Source: Candidatus Magasanikiibacteriota bacterium
Lineage (GTDB): Bacteria; Patescibacteriota; Patescibacteriia; Magasanikbacterales; UBA922
Reading direction: 5' to 3'
NCBI GenBank assembly: GCA_042218065.1
Contig: JBDGRL010000087.1
Span: 1-58,489, forward strand
DNA: 58,489 nt
Below the pieces are notes generated by a model. The model did not search any database and was not told the origin of the DNA. It saw nothing but the letters and a program-made list of their open reading frames with translations. Shown one piece after another: positions 36,073 through 44,140 of the stretch (position 1 is the stretch's first letter; each line of letters starts with the position of its first letter). Made by a program: the position numbers and the translations under genes.

Positions 36073-36600
36073 ATGAAAGGGCAGGCCGTGAAAAATATCG
36101 TGATCGGAATTATCGTAGGGATCATAGGAACCGTGTCAATTGGGACGCTGGGGCTAGTTTACTACCTCGAAAATGCAGCCCCTTCCACGAGGCAACTGGA
36201 GAAGGAACGCTTAGCCATCTGTATGGTCCTTAACCGAGACCAGAAAGAGGGGCTGGACTGTGCTTTGAAGCTAGCCCAGTTGGCAGCACGAAGTGAAAAC
36301 TACTCCCAGTTCGGACAGCTCAGGGGTAAAAAAACCCTGAGAAAGCTTGTTGGAGTTAGAGTTGAGGGGTACTTCAATACACTCCATAGAAGGTATCCCT
36401 CAAAATGCGAAACCAATGTAGAAACCAGAAAGGAGGCAAAAGAGGCATTGGAGTGCATCGAGAAAGAGATGAAAAAAATCAACAAAAGAGGACGTAAAAC
36501 CAGACAAAGAATTAAGTCAATCGAACCACTGAAAGACTACCCACTGCCGCCTGAAGTAACCATCGAAATGGAGCTGGAGGGGGGCGCCGACGCAGAATGA
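36073..36600 (+). CDS. Hypothetical membrane-anchored protein in a locally GC-rich segment
   Basis: N-terminal TM IVIGIIVGIIGTVSIGTLGLVYY. Codon and GC usage visibly differ from neighbours. A promoter TTGACA-N-TATATA lies at ~35935. Confidence 0.55.
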   Translation: MKGQAVKNIVIGIIVGIIGTVSIGTLGLVYYLENAAPSTRQLEKERLAICMVLNRDQKEGLDCALKLAQLAARSENYSQFGQLRGKKTLRKLVGVRVEGYFNTLHRRYPSKCETNVETRKEAKEALECIEKEMKKINKRGRKTRQRIKSIEPLKDYPLPPEVTIEMELEGGADAE

Positions 36601-36683
36601 ACGTCGGCGACAAATCACGCGATCGACCCGCTCGGCGTTTTGTCGCTCGGGCGGGTCGGTCACAACCTACACTACAAACCTTA

Positions 36684-37265
36684 TCAGGGTTTGCTTTTTT
36701 TATTTTGCCTTCTTTTTATATTTATAAATATAGCTAAATAATAACCTACCAACAAAAATAACACATAACTAGAGAAGTTTGAGTGTATAAATAGCATATA
36801 TATCATTCCATCTATATCAGAACCATAGTCATAATATGGTTGAAGTGGGGCAAAATAATGCATAATGATAATTGCAAAAAATAGCGCTATACCTACAAAA
36901 ACCACATCTCTGATAAAATACAAGTCTTTATCCCTATTTTTTATATCTTTAATTCTTGGAAGTATTAGGTAATTAAAAGCTGCAATTATAGAAAAAATGA
37001 TGAACCAGATAATTATACCCAGACCTGTATTAAATATAATTTGAGGGTTGTCATATCTACAATCTCTTAGAGTGTCATATCTTCCTTCCAGCGCTTTGTT
37101 TATTGGGCCGCTTTTGTCTTGTTGTTTTACCTGACAGATATTATCTTCTTGATTATAACCATAAAACGGTGGTGGTATTTCTAAAGGGCTACTAAATATG
37201 ACAGTAGGAAAAAACAATAACACTAATGAGTATAAAATACTTATTTTTTTAATCTTGTTTATCAT
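36684..37265 (-). CDS. Hypothetical multi-pass membrane protein
   Basis: Signal/TM at the N-terminus plus three further hydrophobic helices. No motif recognised. Confidence 0.45.
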   Translation of the reverse strand: MINKIKKISILYSLVLLFFPTVIFSSPLEIPPPFYGYNQEDNICQVKQQDKSGPINKALEGRYDTLRDCRYDNPQIIFNTGLGIIIWFIIFSIIAAFNYLILPRIKDIKNRDKDLYFIRDVVFVGIALFFAIIIMHYFAPLQPYYDYGSDIDGMIYMLFIHSNFSSYVLFLLVGYYLAIFINIKRRQNKKSKP

Positions 37266-37269
37266 TGTT

Positions 37270-37836
37270 TTAGTTTAAATTTTCTAACGCTTCCAACTGT
37301 CTGGAATTAAGTTTATGAATGCTCAACTTATCAGAACCCTCTTTTAAGAAGCTAAGTTCTTTAGACACTTTCTTAACCTTCTCCCAGTCAGGTATTGTGT
37401 ATGTATTGCCTACAGTAGGCAGCTTACTACAACTAAAGTATCCAGCTTTATTCCAATGCTCTGGCTCGATTTCAAGTAATTTATATTCATTTTTACCTTT
37501 TATTTTTAATAAGAAAAACTTTAGTCCTTTTTCTCGATATAGATAATCAACCTCATTTGGATCAACCTCTCTTAAAGTACTCCACCTATCCCAGTAGATA
37601 TTATATTCTGAAGAAAAACCAGCACCTAAAGAAAAAACTTTTAAATCTTTGCCTGATTCATTAATTATAGTTGCATATTCTTGTGTATTTGGGCCACTTG
37701 CTATGTGCTGCAATACAAAATCAGAACCCATAATTAACGATGCTATATATGCAAAATAAAGAATGAATCCTAACAAGGTTATTACAAACAAAGTCATTAC
37801 TGCTTTCCATATTTTATCTATAATATTAGAAGTCAT
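37270..37836 (-). CDS. Hypothetical membrane-anchored protein
   Basis: N-terminal TM VMTLFVITLLGFILYFAYIASLIMG. Tightly linked (4-nt gap) to the downstream membrane protein. Confidence 0.45.
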   Translation of the reverse strand: MTSNIIDKIWKAVMTLFVITLLGFILYFAYIASLIMGSDFVLQHIASGPNTQEYATIINESGKDLKVFSLGAGFSSEYNIYWDRWSTLREVDPNEVDYLYREKGLKFFLLKIKGKNEYKLLEIEPEHWNKAGYFSCSKLPTVGNTYTIPDWEKVKKVSKELSFLKEGSDKLSIHKLNSRQLEALENLN

Positions 37837-37951
37837 TTAATTTATTCACATAAAAACAAAAATTAGCTTACTTAATTATAACTACAAAATAATAATTATA
37901 AAAATTATACACTAGAAAAATTAACCAAAGGTGTTGTTTTATTGCCCAATT

Positions 37952-37980
37952 TAGTTTGAAGTTCGTGGGCTAGGGTGTAC
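37952..37980 (+). repeat. Direct repeat R4 (diverged)
   Basis: TAGTTTGAAGTTCGTGGGCTAGGGTGTAC. Confidence 0.65.
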
Positions 37981-38133
37981 AACACCCTTACTTATATACT
38001 AAATTAAAGCAAAAAATAAAGAATTTCATAACCCCCAAACCTTTTGTTAAGATTTGGAGCCTTTTTGGTTGTTAAAACTTTCTTACATCTTGTTCTTTTG
38101 GTAAGTTAGAAAAACTAAAAAAGAAGTAAAAAT

Positions 38134-38982
38134 ATGACCTGGCTATTATCATCTCTTAGTTCAGCTTTATTTGATAGTTTTAAGCTATTAACAATAAAAG
38201 ACAAAGTAGATAAAGAATACAATGAATACTTTATTGCATTTATAGTTGCTCTATTTACCAGCGTTGTCTCATTAGTTCCAACCCTGTTTTTGGATTCTCA
38301 AATATTTACACCAGAAACTGATTATCTCCTTGCTTTAGCTATAGTAGTTTCTATAAACTTAATTACATTAGTTTTAACTACCCAAGCAAATAATTATTCT
38401 GATTTGTCTACCCTGGCCCCCTTGTATAGCTTCAGTCCATTATTCGTGGCCTTAACCGCTTTTTTTATTTTAGGAGAAAAGATAAATACTATTGGTTTTC
38501 TTGGAATAGCGTTAATTGTTTCTGGAACTTTTGTAGTGAATAAAAATAAGAAAGACAAATATTTTAAAAATATCAATATAGATTTAGGTCAAATAATGAT
38601 AATTCTATCTACTATCTTATGGTCGATTTCTTCTGTGTATTTTAAAGTGGGGATGAATGAATCTTCTTCTTTTGGGTTTGTGTTTGTGGTTTATAGTCTG
38701 ATCAGTATAATTCTTTTCATTGTGATTATGTTTAAAAAAGTAAAAATAAAAGAAAATTTCAAAAAAGTAATAAACGTTGGGCTTACATCTGCACTCACTT
38801 CCATTTTTCAGTGGTATGCTGTATCAATAGGGCCTACAGCTTATGCTCTAGCTGTTAAAAGAGCTAGCTCAATATTTAGTGTAATCTGGGGTAAACTATT
38901 CTTAAAAGAAAAGAATTTTATATTAAGAATATGTGGTGCTTCAATAATCTTTATTGGGGTGTTATTAATTGTTTATGCTTGA
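38134..38982 (+). CDS. EamA/DMT-family transporter
   Basis: Ten-TM layout with two EamA-like halves. Confidence 0.6.
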   Translation: MTWLLSSLSSALFDSFKLLTIKDKVDKEYNEYFIAFIVALFTSVVSLVPTLFLDSQIFTPETDYLLALAIVVSINLITLVLTTQANNYSDLSTLAPLYSFSPLFVALTAFFILGEKINTIGFLGIALIVSGTFVVNKNKKDKYFKNINIDLGQIMIILSTILWSISSVYFKVGMNESSSFGFVFVVYSLISIILFIVIMFKKVKIKENFKKVINVGLTSALTSIFQWYAVSIGPTAYALAVKRASSIFSVIWGKLFLKEKNFILRICGASIIFIGVLLIVYA

Positions 38983-39116
38983 TAAGTTTTTAAACAACTT
39001 ACTGAAATTGTTGCCTAGAATGATTCTAATAACAACAGGTATTACTTAGACACCTAAATAACTGCTCTACCTTCTAATTCCTTCAGTTGGTAGTAGTAGG
39101 ACAGTGTTTCTTCTTT

Positions 39117-39149
39117 AAGGCGGTTCCAAATATCGAACTCTAGGTGTAC
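39117..39149 (+). repeat. Direct repeat R5 (degenerate)
   Basis: ...TATCGAACTCTAGGTGTAC retains the CGAAC and CTAGGTGTAC blocks. Confidence 0.45.
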
Positions 39150-39180
39150 AACTCTATTTTTGCCTTAATCAAATTAAAAT

Positions 39181-39867
39181 TTATTTTTCTAATACCTCTT
39201 TTATTATTTCCTGTATTTCTTCATTACCAACCCACTCAGGACCAAAGCGGTTTTTAAGCAACCAATCTACATTGCCATATGATTGCCGTAAAAACTTAAG
39301 AGCAGCAATAAGCTTATCTTTATCTTTACAAGAACCTCTCTGATAAGCCCTAATAAAATCATAAATTACGTGCGGCTCACAATCAGGTTCAATTTTGGAG
39401 CCTTCTTCTCTACTTGCAATCCAAGCTTCTATTTTGTTTTTATTTTCTTTAATAGCTCCGATAACTCGATGCATACCATCAAACACACTAAACTTACTCT
39501 CTTGATGTTTACGCAATAAAACTGGAATATCATCATATTCAACAGTATCAAATTCTTCTGCAATTTGTTTATCTTTTCTAATAAGTTCTTTTAGTTTTTC
39601 AGGTGATCTATTTGCCTTGCTTATTATTATTTCATTCCAGTCTGGATTGGTTCCAGTTAATCTAAGTTTATTTATATCAACTTCTCTATTTTCCCAGTCA
39701 ACATTAGGGTCTGTAAATGCATCGCCTATCCAATTCAATGTAGCTCCCGACCACATAACAAGTAATTCTTCGGGGTTTTGATAATCCTCTACTGATACTT
39801 TCTCAGCTTCTACTAAGCCCTTAAGATATTCTTTGTCTGGAAAATTAGTGCTTGTAAAGTGAGGCAT
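39181..39867 (-). CDS. Hypothetical protein with a possible ParB/sulfiredoxin-like nuclease fold
   Basis: VFDGMHRVIGAIKENKNKIEAWI resembles the DGxHR ... I motif of ParB-like nuclease domains. Confidence 0.35.
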   Translation of the reverse strand: MPHFTSTNFPDKEYLKGLVEAEKVSVEDYQNPEELLVMWSGATLNWIGDAFTDPNVDWENREVDINKLRLTGTNPDWNEIIISKANRSPEKLKELIRKDKQIAEEFDTVEYDDIPVLLRKHQESKFSVFDGMHRVIGAIKENKNKIEAWIASREEGSKIEPDCEPHVIYDFIRAYQRGSCKDKDKLIAALKFLRQSYGNVDWLLKNRFGPEWVGNEEIQEIIKEVLEK

Positions 39868-39962
39868 ATGATATATTTATGCTTGATTACTTTTCTATTA
39901 TGTAAAAAAAATAAAGATTTTAAAAATGTATTACATATTATCTTTTCTTACTTTGACCATTC

Positions 39963-39991
39963 TAGTTCGAACCTGTTCTATTAGAGCGTAC
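39963..39991 (+). repeat. Direct repeat R6
   Basis: TAGTTCGAACCTGTTCTATTAGAGCGTAC, ending 5 nt from the stop of the APC permease gene. Confidence 0.8.
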
Positions 39992-39995
39992 TACA

Positions 39996-41381
39996 CTACT
40001 CTTCTCGATCAGAATAAATATCTTCTGCTGCTTCTTCTATCTCCTCTTCCACCCCCTCAACAACTTCCGTAACTTCCTCTCTTTCCATATGGAAAAACTC
40101 AATTACGAAGAGGGCTGCAAAAATAATACCAATTATCATAAGGGTGTGAGGGGCCTGCTGATAAAGGTGGTATCCCACTATCGGAAGAGCTCCCAATGTG
40201 GCTATAAGAGCGACCAACGGAATCCACTTATTGGAATTTGTCTTTTTGTAAAGTTTTAAATTAGCATAGTTAGCTGCTGAATCCGCAATTAGAAATGCAA
40301 CTGAGCCAAATTCAGTAATCTGCTCTAATGAGCCAAAGGCCGTAAACAATGCAGTAGCCCCTGCCATAAGCAAAACGGAATAAGTAGGTATGCCCTTCTT
40401 ATTCCGGAAAGAGAATAATCTAGGGAGCTCTTTTTCAGTAGTTATCTTATGGGTCAGACGGGAAGTACCGAATAGTGTAGCGTTAATCCCGGATGACGTA
40501 CTTTTGATTGCAGAAAGAATTACCAAAATGAAACCGATGCCTCCCAAGAACGGTATGTTCGATACGGCCGCAGCCAGAGCGGTTTCTTTATGCTGAATCA
40601 GCTGTTCCGGGCTGAGCTGGAGAGTGGCCATGAAAGAAACGGAGACATAGATCAATATGGCTATGGCAACGGCGATGTAGGTACCTCGGGCCAAGTTCTT
40701 TGCAGCGTCTTTAATATCGTTATAGTCGTAAGTTAAAAGTTGAAACCCCTCGTAAGAAACAAAAATTATTGCAAAGGCAGCAATTGGATCCATCACACCT
40801 TTGTTGAAGAAATTAAGCTCAGTAATGGAGCCGTCATAAAAAACAATACCCAACACCGCTAAACTCATTAAAATTAAAATCTTCAAATAGACCATAATGT
40901 CCTCAAAAATCCCTGACGTTTTCACTCCTATCAAATTAATACCCGCTATAAACCCCACGATACCGACGGATATGACAGGTCTCAATATCTGAGGAAGTTC
41001 AATAGAGAATATCTCGCGCAATGCGGTTAATGTGAAAGCCCCGAAAGCAAAAGCATACATCGCCATCACTCCTACGTATCCGACTATCAAAATCCAGCCG
41101 AAATAACCGGCTATGTGATTATTGTCCACCGTGTGCTCTATAAAAGAAAAAACTCCGCCATTCTCCTCAAAATAACAAGTAAGTTTAATATAAGAATAGG
41201 CCGTAAGGAGGGTAATAATCCCCGCTAAAATATAAGAAAGAACGACTGCATTACCGGCCTGGTTCATCGCTACTCCCAAAACCGCGTAAATACCGCCGGA
41301 GACAATACCTCCGACTCCCATAGCTACAACCTCTTTAAGGCCAAGTTTTGATTTTTCGCTACTTGCTTTAGAAGACATAGA
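39996..41381 (-). CDS. APC-superfamily amino-acid permease
   Basis: 12 TM helices and the N-terminal motif VAMGVGGIVSGGIY. The start was set to the internal ATG (MSSKASSEK). Confidence 0.7.
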   Translation of the reverse strand, partial: SMSSKASSEKSKLGLKEVVAMGVGGIVSGGIYAVLGVAMNQAGNAVVLSYILAGIITLLTAYSYIKLTCYFEENGGVFSFIEHTVDNNHIAGYFGWILIVGYVGVMAMYAFAFGAFTLTALREIFSIELPQILRPVISVGIVGFIAGINLIGVKTSGIFEDIMVYLKILILMSLAVLGIVFYDGSITELNFFNKGVMDPIAAFAIIFVSYEGFQLLTYDYNDIKDAAKNLARGTYIAVAIAILIYVSVSFMATLQLSPEQLIQHKETALAAAVSNIPFLGGIGFILVILSAIKSTSSGINATLFGTSRLTHKITTEKELPRLFSFRNKKGIPTYSVLLMAGATALFTAFGSLEQITEFGSVAFLIADSAANYANLKLYKKTNSNKWIPLVALIATLGALPIVGYHLYQQAPHTLMIIGIIFAALFVIEFFHMEREEVTEVVEGVEEEIEEAAEDIYSDREE

Positions 41382-41553
41382 TAGGACTTTTAGGGTTCTT
41401 CTTAATTTTATACAACAATAATTATATAAGTTCAATAAAAATAAGTACAGCTTTTTATTTCTTGGCTAGAAATTGACAAATTATACTATATTTGTTTTAT
41501 TGAAGTTGAGCTTCGTTCAATAAACAATACCCAATGGAACGGAGGTAGAGGCC

Positions 41554-41823
41554 ATGTTCCACGATAATAAAATAGAACATCAAATTGAAGCAAGACTGGT
41601 TATATTTATCTCTAGCCCACTTGCATTCGGGCTTTTAATATTCTCTATATACTACGATGAATTATGGATTGCAATCTTTTCAGTCTTACTACTGATTCTG
41701 CTGTTATATTTTGTCTTTCTTCCGATCATTCCGACTACTTGGGACAAAATCAAAAAATGGCTTAGATCAGAAAAAGAGCCCGATAATATTGTGGATGCAA
41801 GTAATCAATTCAAAGAGGATTAG
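41554..41823 (+). CDS. Small two-TM membrane protein
   Basis: GGAGG SD with promoter TTGACA at ~41474. The terminator hairpin is CCCTGCAG/CTGCAGGG at ~41848-41878. Confidence 0.5.
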   Translation: MFHDNKIEHQIEARLVIFISSPLAFGLLIFSIYYDELWIAIFSVLLLILLLYFVFLPIIPTTWDKIKKWLRSEKEPDNIVDASNQFKED

Positions 41824-41991
41824 CTATCGACTTCATTTCTGTTCATTACCCTGCAGATTTGACCCTGCAGGGTTTACTTATATTTTTAATTTCATTGGGT
41901 ATTTTTTAAACACTGTCTTTCTAAGCTTGACAAAATCACTCATATTCAGTTAAATAAAAATAGAGTTGCTACTCCATTCAAGGAGGTTAAG

Positions 41992-42138
41992 ATGATCAAA
42001 TTAGTTCTGTTTGTATTTTCACTCTTTGCAGTTTCATTCTTGGTTTTTTGGTTTTATCTAGCATATAAGTTCGCTTATCTCTTAGATCTTCTAATCAAAA
42101 ACCACACCAGCTTCCAGCACTTTTCCTCTGACGCTTAA
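41992..42138 (+). CDS. 48-aa hydrophobic small protein (unlisted ORF)
   Basis: MIKLVLFVFSLFAVSFLVFWFYLAYKFAYLLDLLIKNHTSFQHFSSDA. It has an AAGGAGG SD and promoter TTGACA (41927)-17-TTAAAT. The terminator is GCAGGATT/AATCCTGC plus a T-run. Confidence 0.55.
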   Translation: MIKLVLFVFSLFAVSFLVFWFYLAYKFAYLLDLLIKNHTSFQHFSSDA

Positions 42139-42406
42139 TTGATCTTTTAGAATACCAATCTCTAATCTTTCCGTACTTTTCAACAGCAGGATTAACAATC
42201 CTGCATTTTTTTCTTTTTAAAATAAATCTATAAAATTAATTAAACTGAAAAATTGTCACTACAAACAGATTCGAGCTCAATAAAGAATGAGATTAATTTA
42301 ACCGAGATTAATTTAACCTTGACAAAACTTCAAAATAATCATATATTCTACCCCCATACTGAAAGCTTCAGTATGGGGTTAATCTCTACCGAACCCAGAG
42401 GAAGCC

Positions 42407-42592
42407 ATGCCAAAGCCAATGAATGAAGAAATATTGAATTTAATACGAAAATCACACTCCAAAGATGAACTAGAAAGAAGACTAAAGCTTACAGACTATA
42501 CTATTCACGAGATTATTTGGGGGTATTTCATCTCTGTCGTATTCAGCCAAGATGGAGAAAAAGATTCTGTAACTGGATTGATCCGAGGTTAG
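42407..42592 (+). CDS. 61-aa hypothetical protein
   Basis: Promoter is TTGACA (42319-42324)-17-TATATT. The transcript is predicted to begin with a perfect 12-bp hairpin (42352-42378). Confidence 0.45.
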   Translation: MPKPMNEEILNLIRKSHSKDELERRLKLTDYTIHEIIWGYFISVVFSQDGEKDSVTGLIRG

Positions 42593-42644
42593 AAAGCCCT
42601 AAACTTTCGCACGCTCTTTTAGCGACTCTCCGCAGGAGGAAACT

Positions 42645-42746
42645 ATGAACTGGAAAACAATTTTCCAGCCAATTGTTTACGCAATTATCCTCTCTCTTAT
42701 CGGAAGCATGTACCTAATTGGTCTTTTTTTTGGAATAAAAAAATGA
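42645..42746 (+). CDS. 33-aa hydrophobic small protein (unlisted ORF)
   Basis: MNWKTIFQPIVYAIILSLIGSMYLIGLFFGIKK, with a GGAGGA SD 5 nt upstream and a following hairpin GACCCCACTC/GAGTGAGGTC. Confidence 0.45.
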   Translation: MNWKTIFQPIVYAIILSLIGSMYLIGLFFGIKK

Positions 42747-42858
42747 CCCCACTCAAAGCACAAGAGTGAGGTCACAAATGTTCAGCTTTTAGTTTGACAT
42801 GGCTGTCAAATTAAAAGGTGCACATTCACAATCGACCCCAAGACAACAGGAGGGAAAC

Positions 42859-43500
42859 ATGTTTGACGCTAACCTTATTAGTTTAGAGGGACCAGAAGGA
42901 AGCGGAAAAACTACTAACAAAAATAAAACTGTAGAATTTTTAAAAAGCAAAGGCTATGAGGTAATTACCGGACGAGATCCAGGCGAAACAGAGATTTCTG
43001 AAGAGATAAGAGAGATAATCCTTAAGAATAGAGAATACGCTGAAATGACTAAAGATGCTGAAGTACTGCTTTACGAAGCAGCAAGATCCCAGCTAGTAAG
43101 TAACTTCTTAAAACCAGCATCAAAAAACAACGACTTCATAGTTTTAGATAGATACTTCGATTCTACAACAGCTTACCAAGGATATGGCAGAAGAATAGAT
43201 CTCGAATTCATCAAGATGTTGAACAAAAGAGTTACTTCTGGTATTACACCGGATAGGACCTACTTGTTAGATGTTTCACCAGAAATAGGACTGAAACGTT
43301 GTGGAAAAGACGAGTTTTCAGAAGATGGCGGAGATAGAATGGAACAATCCTCACTAGATTTTCACCACAGAGTAAGAGATGGGTTTCTTAAGATTGCCGA
43401 TGGCAACAACAGAATAAAAGTAATAGACACCGAGAAAAATAATGAAGAGCAGGTCTTTAAAATCGTAGAAGATGACTTACGAGAGCAGTTTGACATTTAA
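42859..43500 (+). CDS. tmk: Thymidylate kinase
   Basis: ISLEGPEGSGKTT P-loop and DRYFDSTTAYQG. The start was moved to the ATG preceded by GGAGGG. Confidence 0.9.
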   Translation: MFDANLISLEGPEGSGKTTNKNKTVEFLKSKGYEVITGRDPGETEISEEIREIILKNREYAEMTKDAEVLLYEAARSQLVSNFLKPASKNNDFIVLDRYFDSTTAYQGYGRRIDLEFIKMLNKRVTSGITPDRTYLLDVSPEIGLKRCGKDEFSEDGGDRMEQSSLDFHHRVRDGFLKIADGNNRIKVIDTEKNNEEQVFKIVEDDLREQFDI

Positions 43501-43709
43501 ACCTATTCTTCCAACATCAATGTAGAAAAATATGAAAAATAAAGAAAAAATGATAAGGTGATTGCGTGCTATTTGATCTTTAAATAAACCAAGGATTTAC
43601 CTCCGGCTCCTCGGTCGGAGGTGTTTTTATTTGACAAAAAAGGAAAAATTTAGTTTAATCTTACTGTAAATTCGCCCTTTAAAGTACCTTCAACAACACA
43701 AGGCAGAAA

Positions 43710-44024
43710 ATGAAAAAACTGCTCAAAAAAACAGAAACCTTAAGGGAAGAGGTCGAAAAACTGCTTGAAGAGATGGTAGTTTGGTTGGTTTCTCTCCCGT
43801 TGATGGTAATAATAATTCTAGTAGCAACTACTATAGTAGCATATTGGTATTATTTGAAAGTAAAGCACTGGATAAAGAAATACTTTTCGATTACATGCGA
43901 TAAAATAAAATCTGTGACAAATTATATTCCAACACCACAGGTTTTTGCTTTCCCATCGAGTTCAATTGTTTATCACAAAAATGGGAAGAAGACTGAACAT
44001 CCACACCAAAAGGAGGATATATGA
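43710..44024 (+). CDS. Small single-TM protein
   Basis: Promoter is TTGACA (~43632). TM segment is VVWLVSLPLMVIIILVATTIVAYWYY. The stop overlaps the next ATG (ATGA). Confidence 0.45.
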   Translation: MKKLLKKTETLREEVEKLLEEMVVWLVSLPLMVIIILVATTIVAYWYYLKVKHWIKKYFSITCDKIKSVTNYIPTPQVFAFPSSSIVYHKNGKKTEHPHQKEDI

Positions 44025-44140
44025 AGACTGTTCTTTTGGTTATAGCAACAACTTTAGTGCTATACTTGAGCTACAGGACTTCAGTAAAAAACCCACCTAC
44101 TTTAGGTGGGTTCATTTTTTTAATGAGATGTTTAGTTTTT

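Noticed and set aside
32456-39991. Could the six ~29-nt direct repeats be a CRISPR array?
   Set aside because: The spacing is 0.8-2.1 kb and each interval contains full-length genes. The repeats have diverged and no cas genes are present. CRISPR spacers are 25-70 nt.
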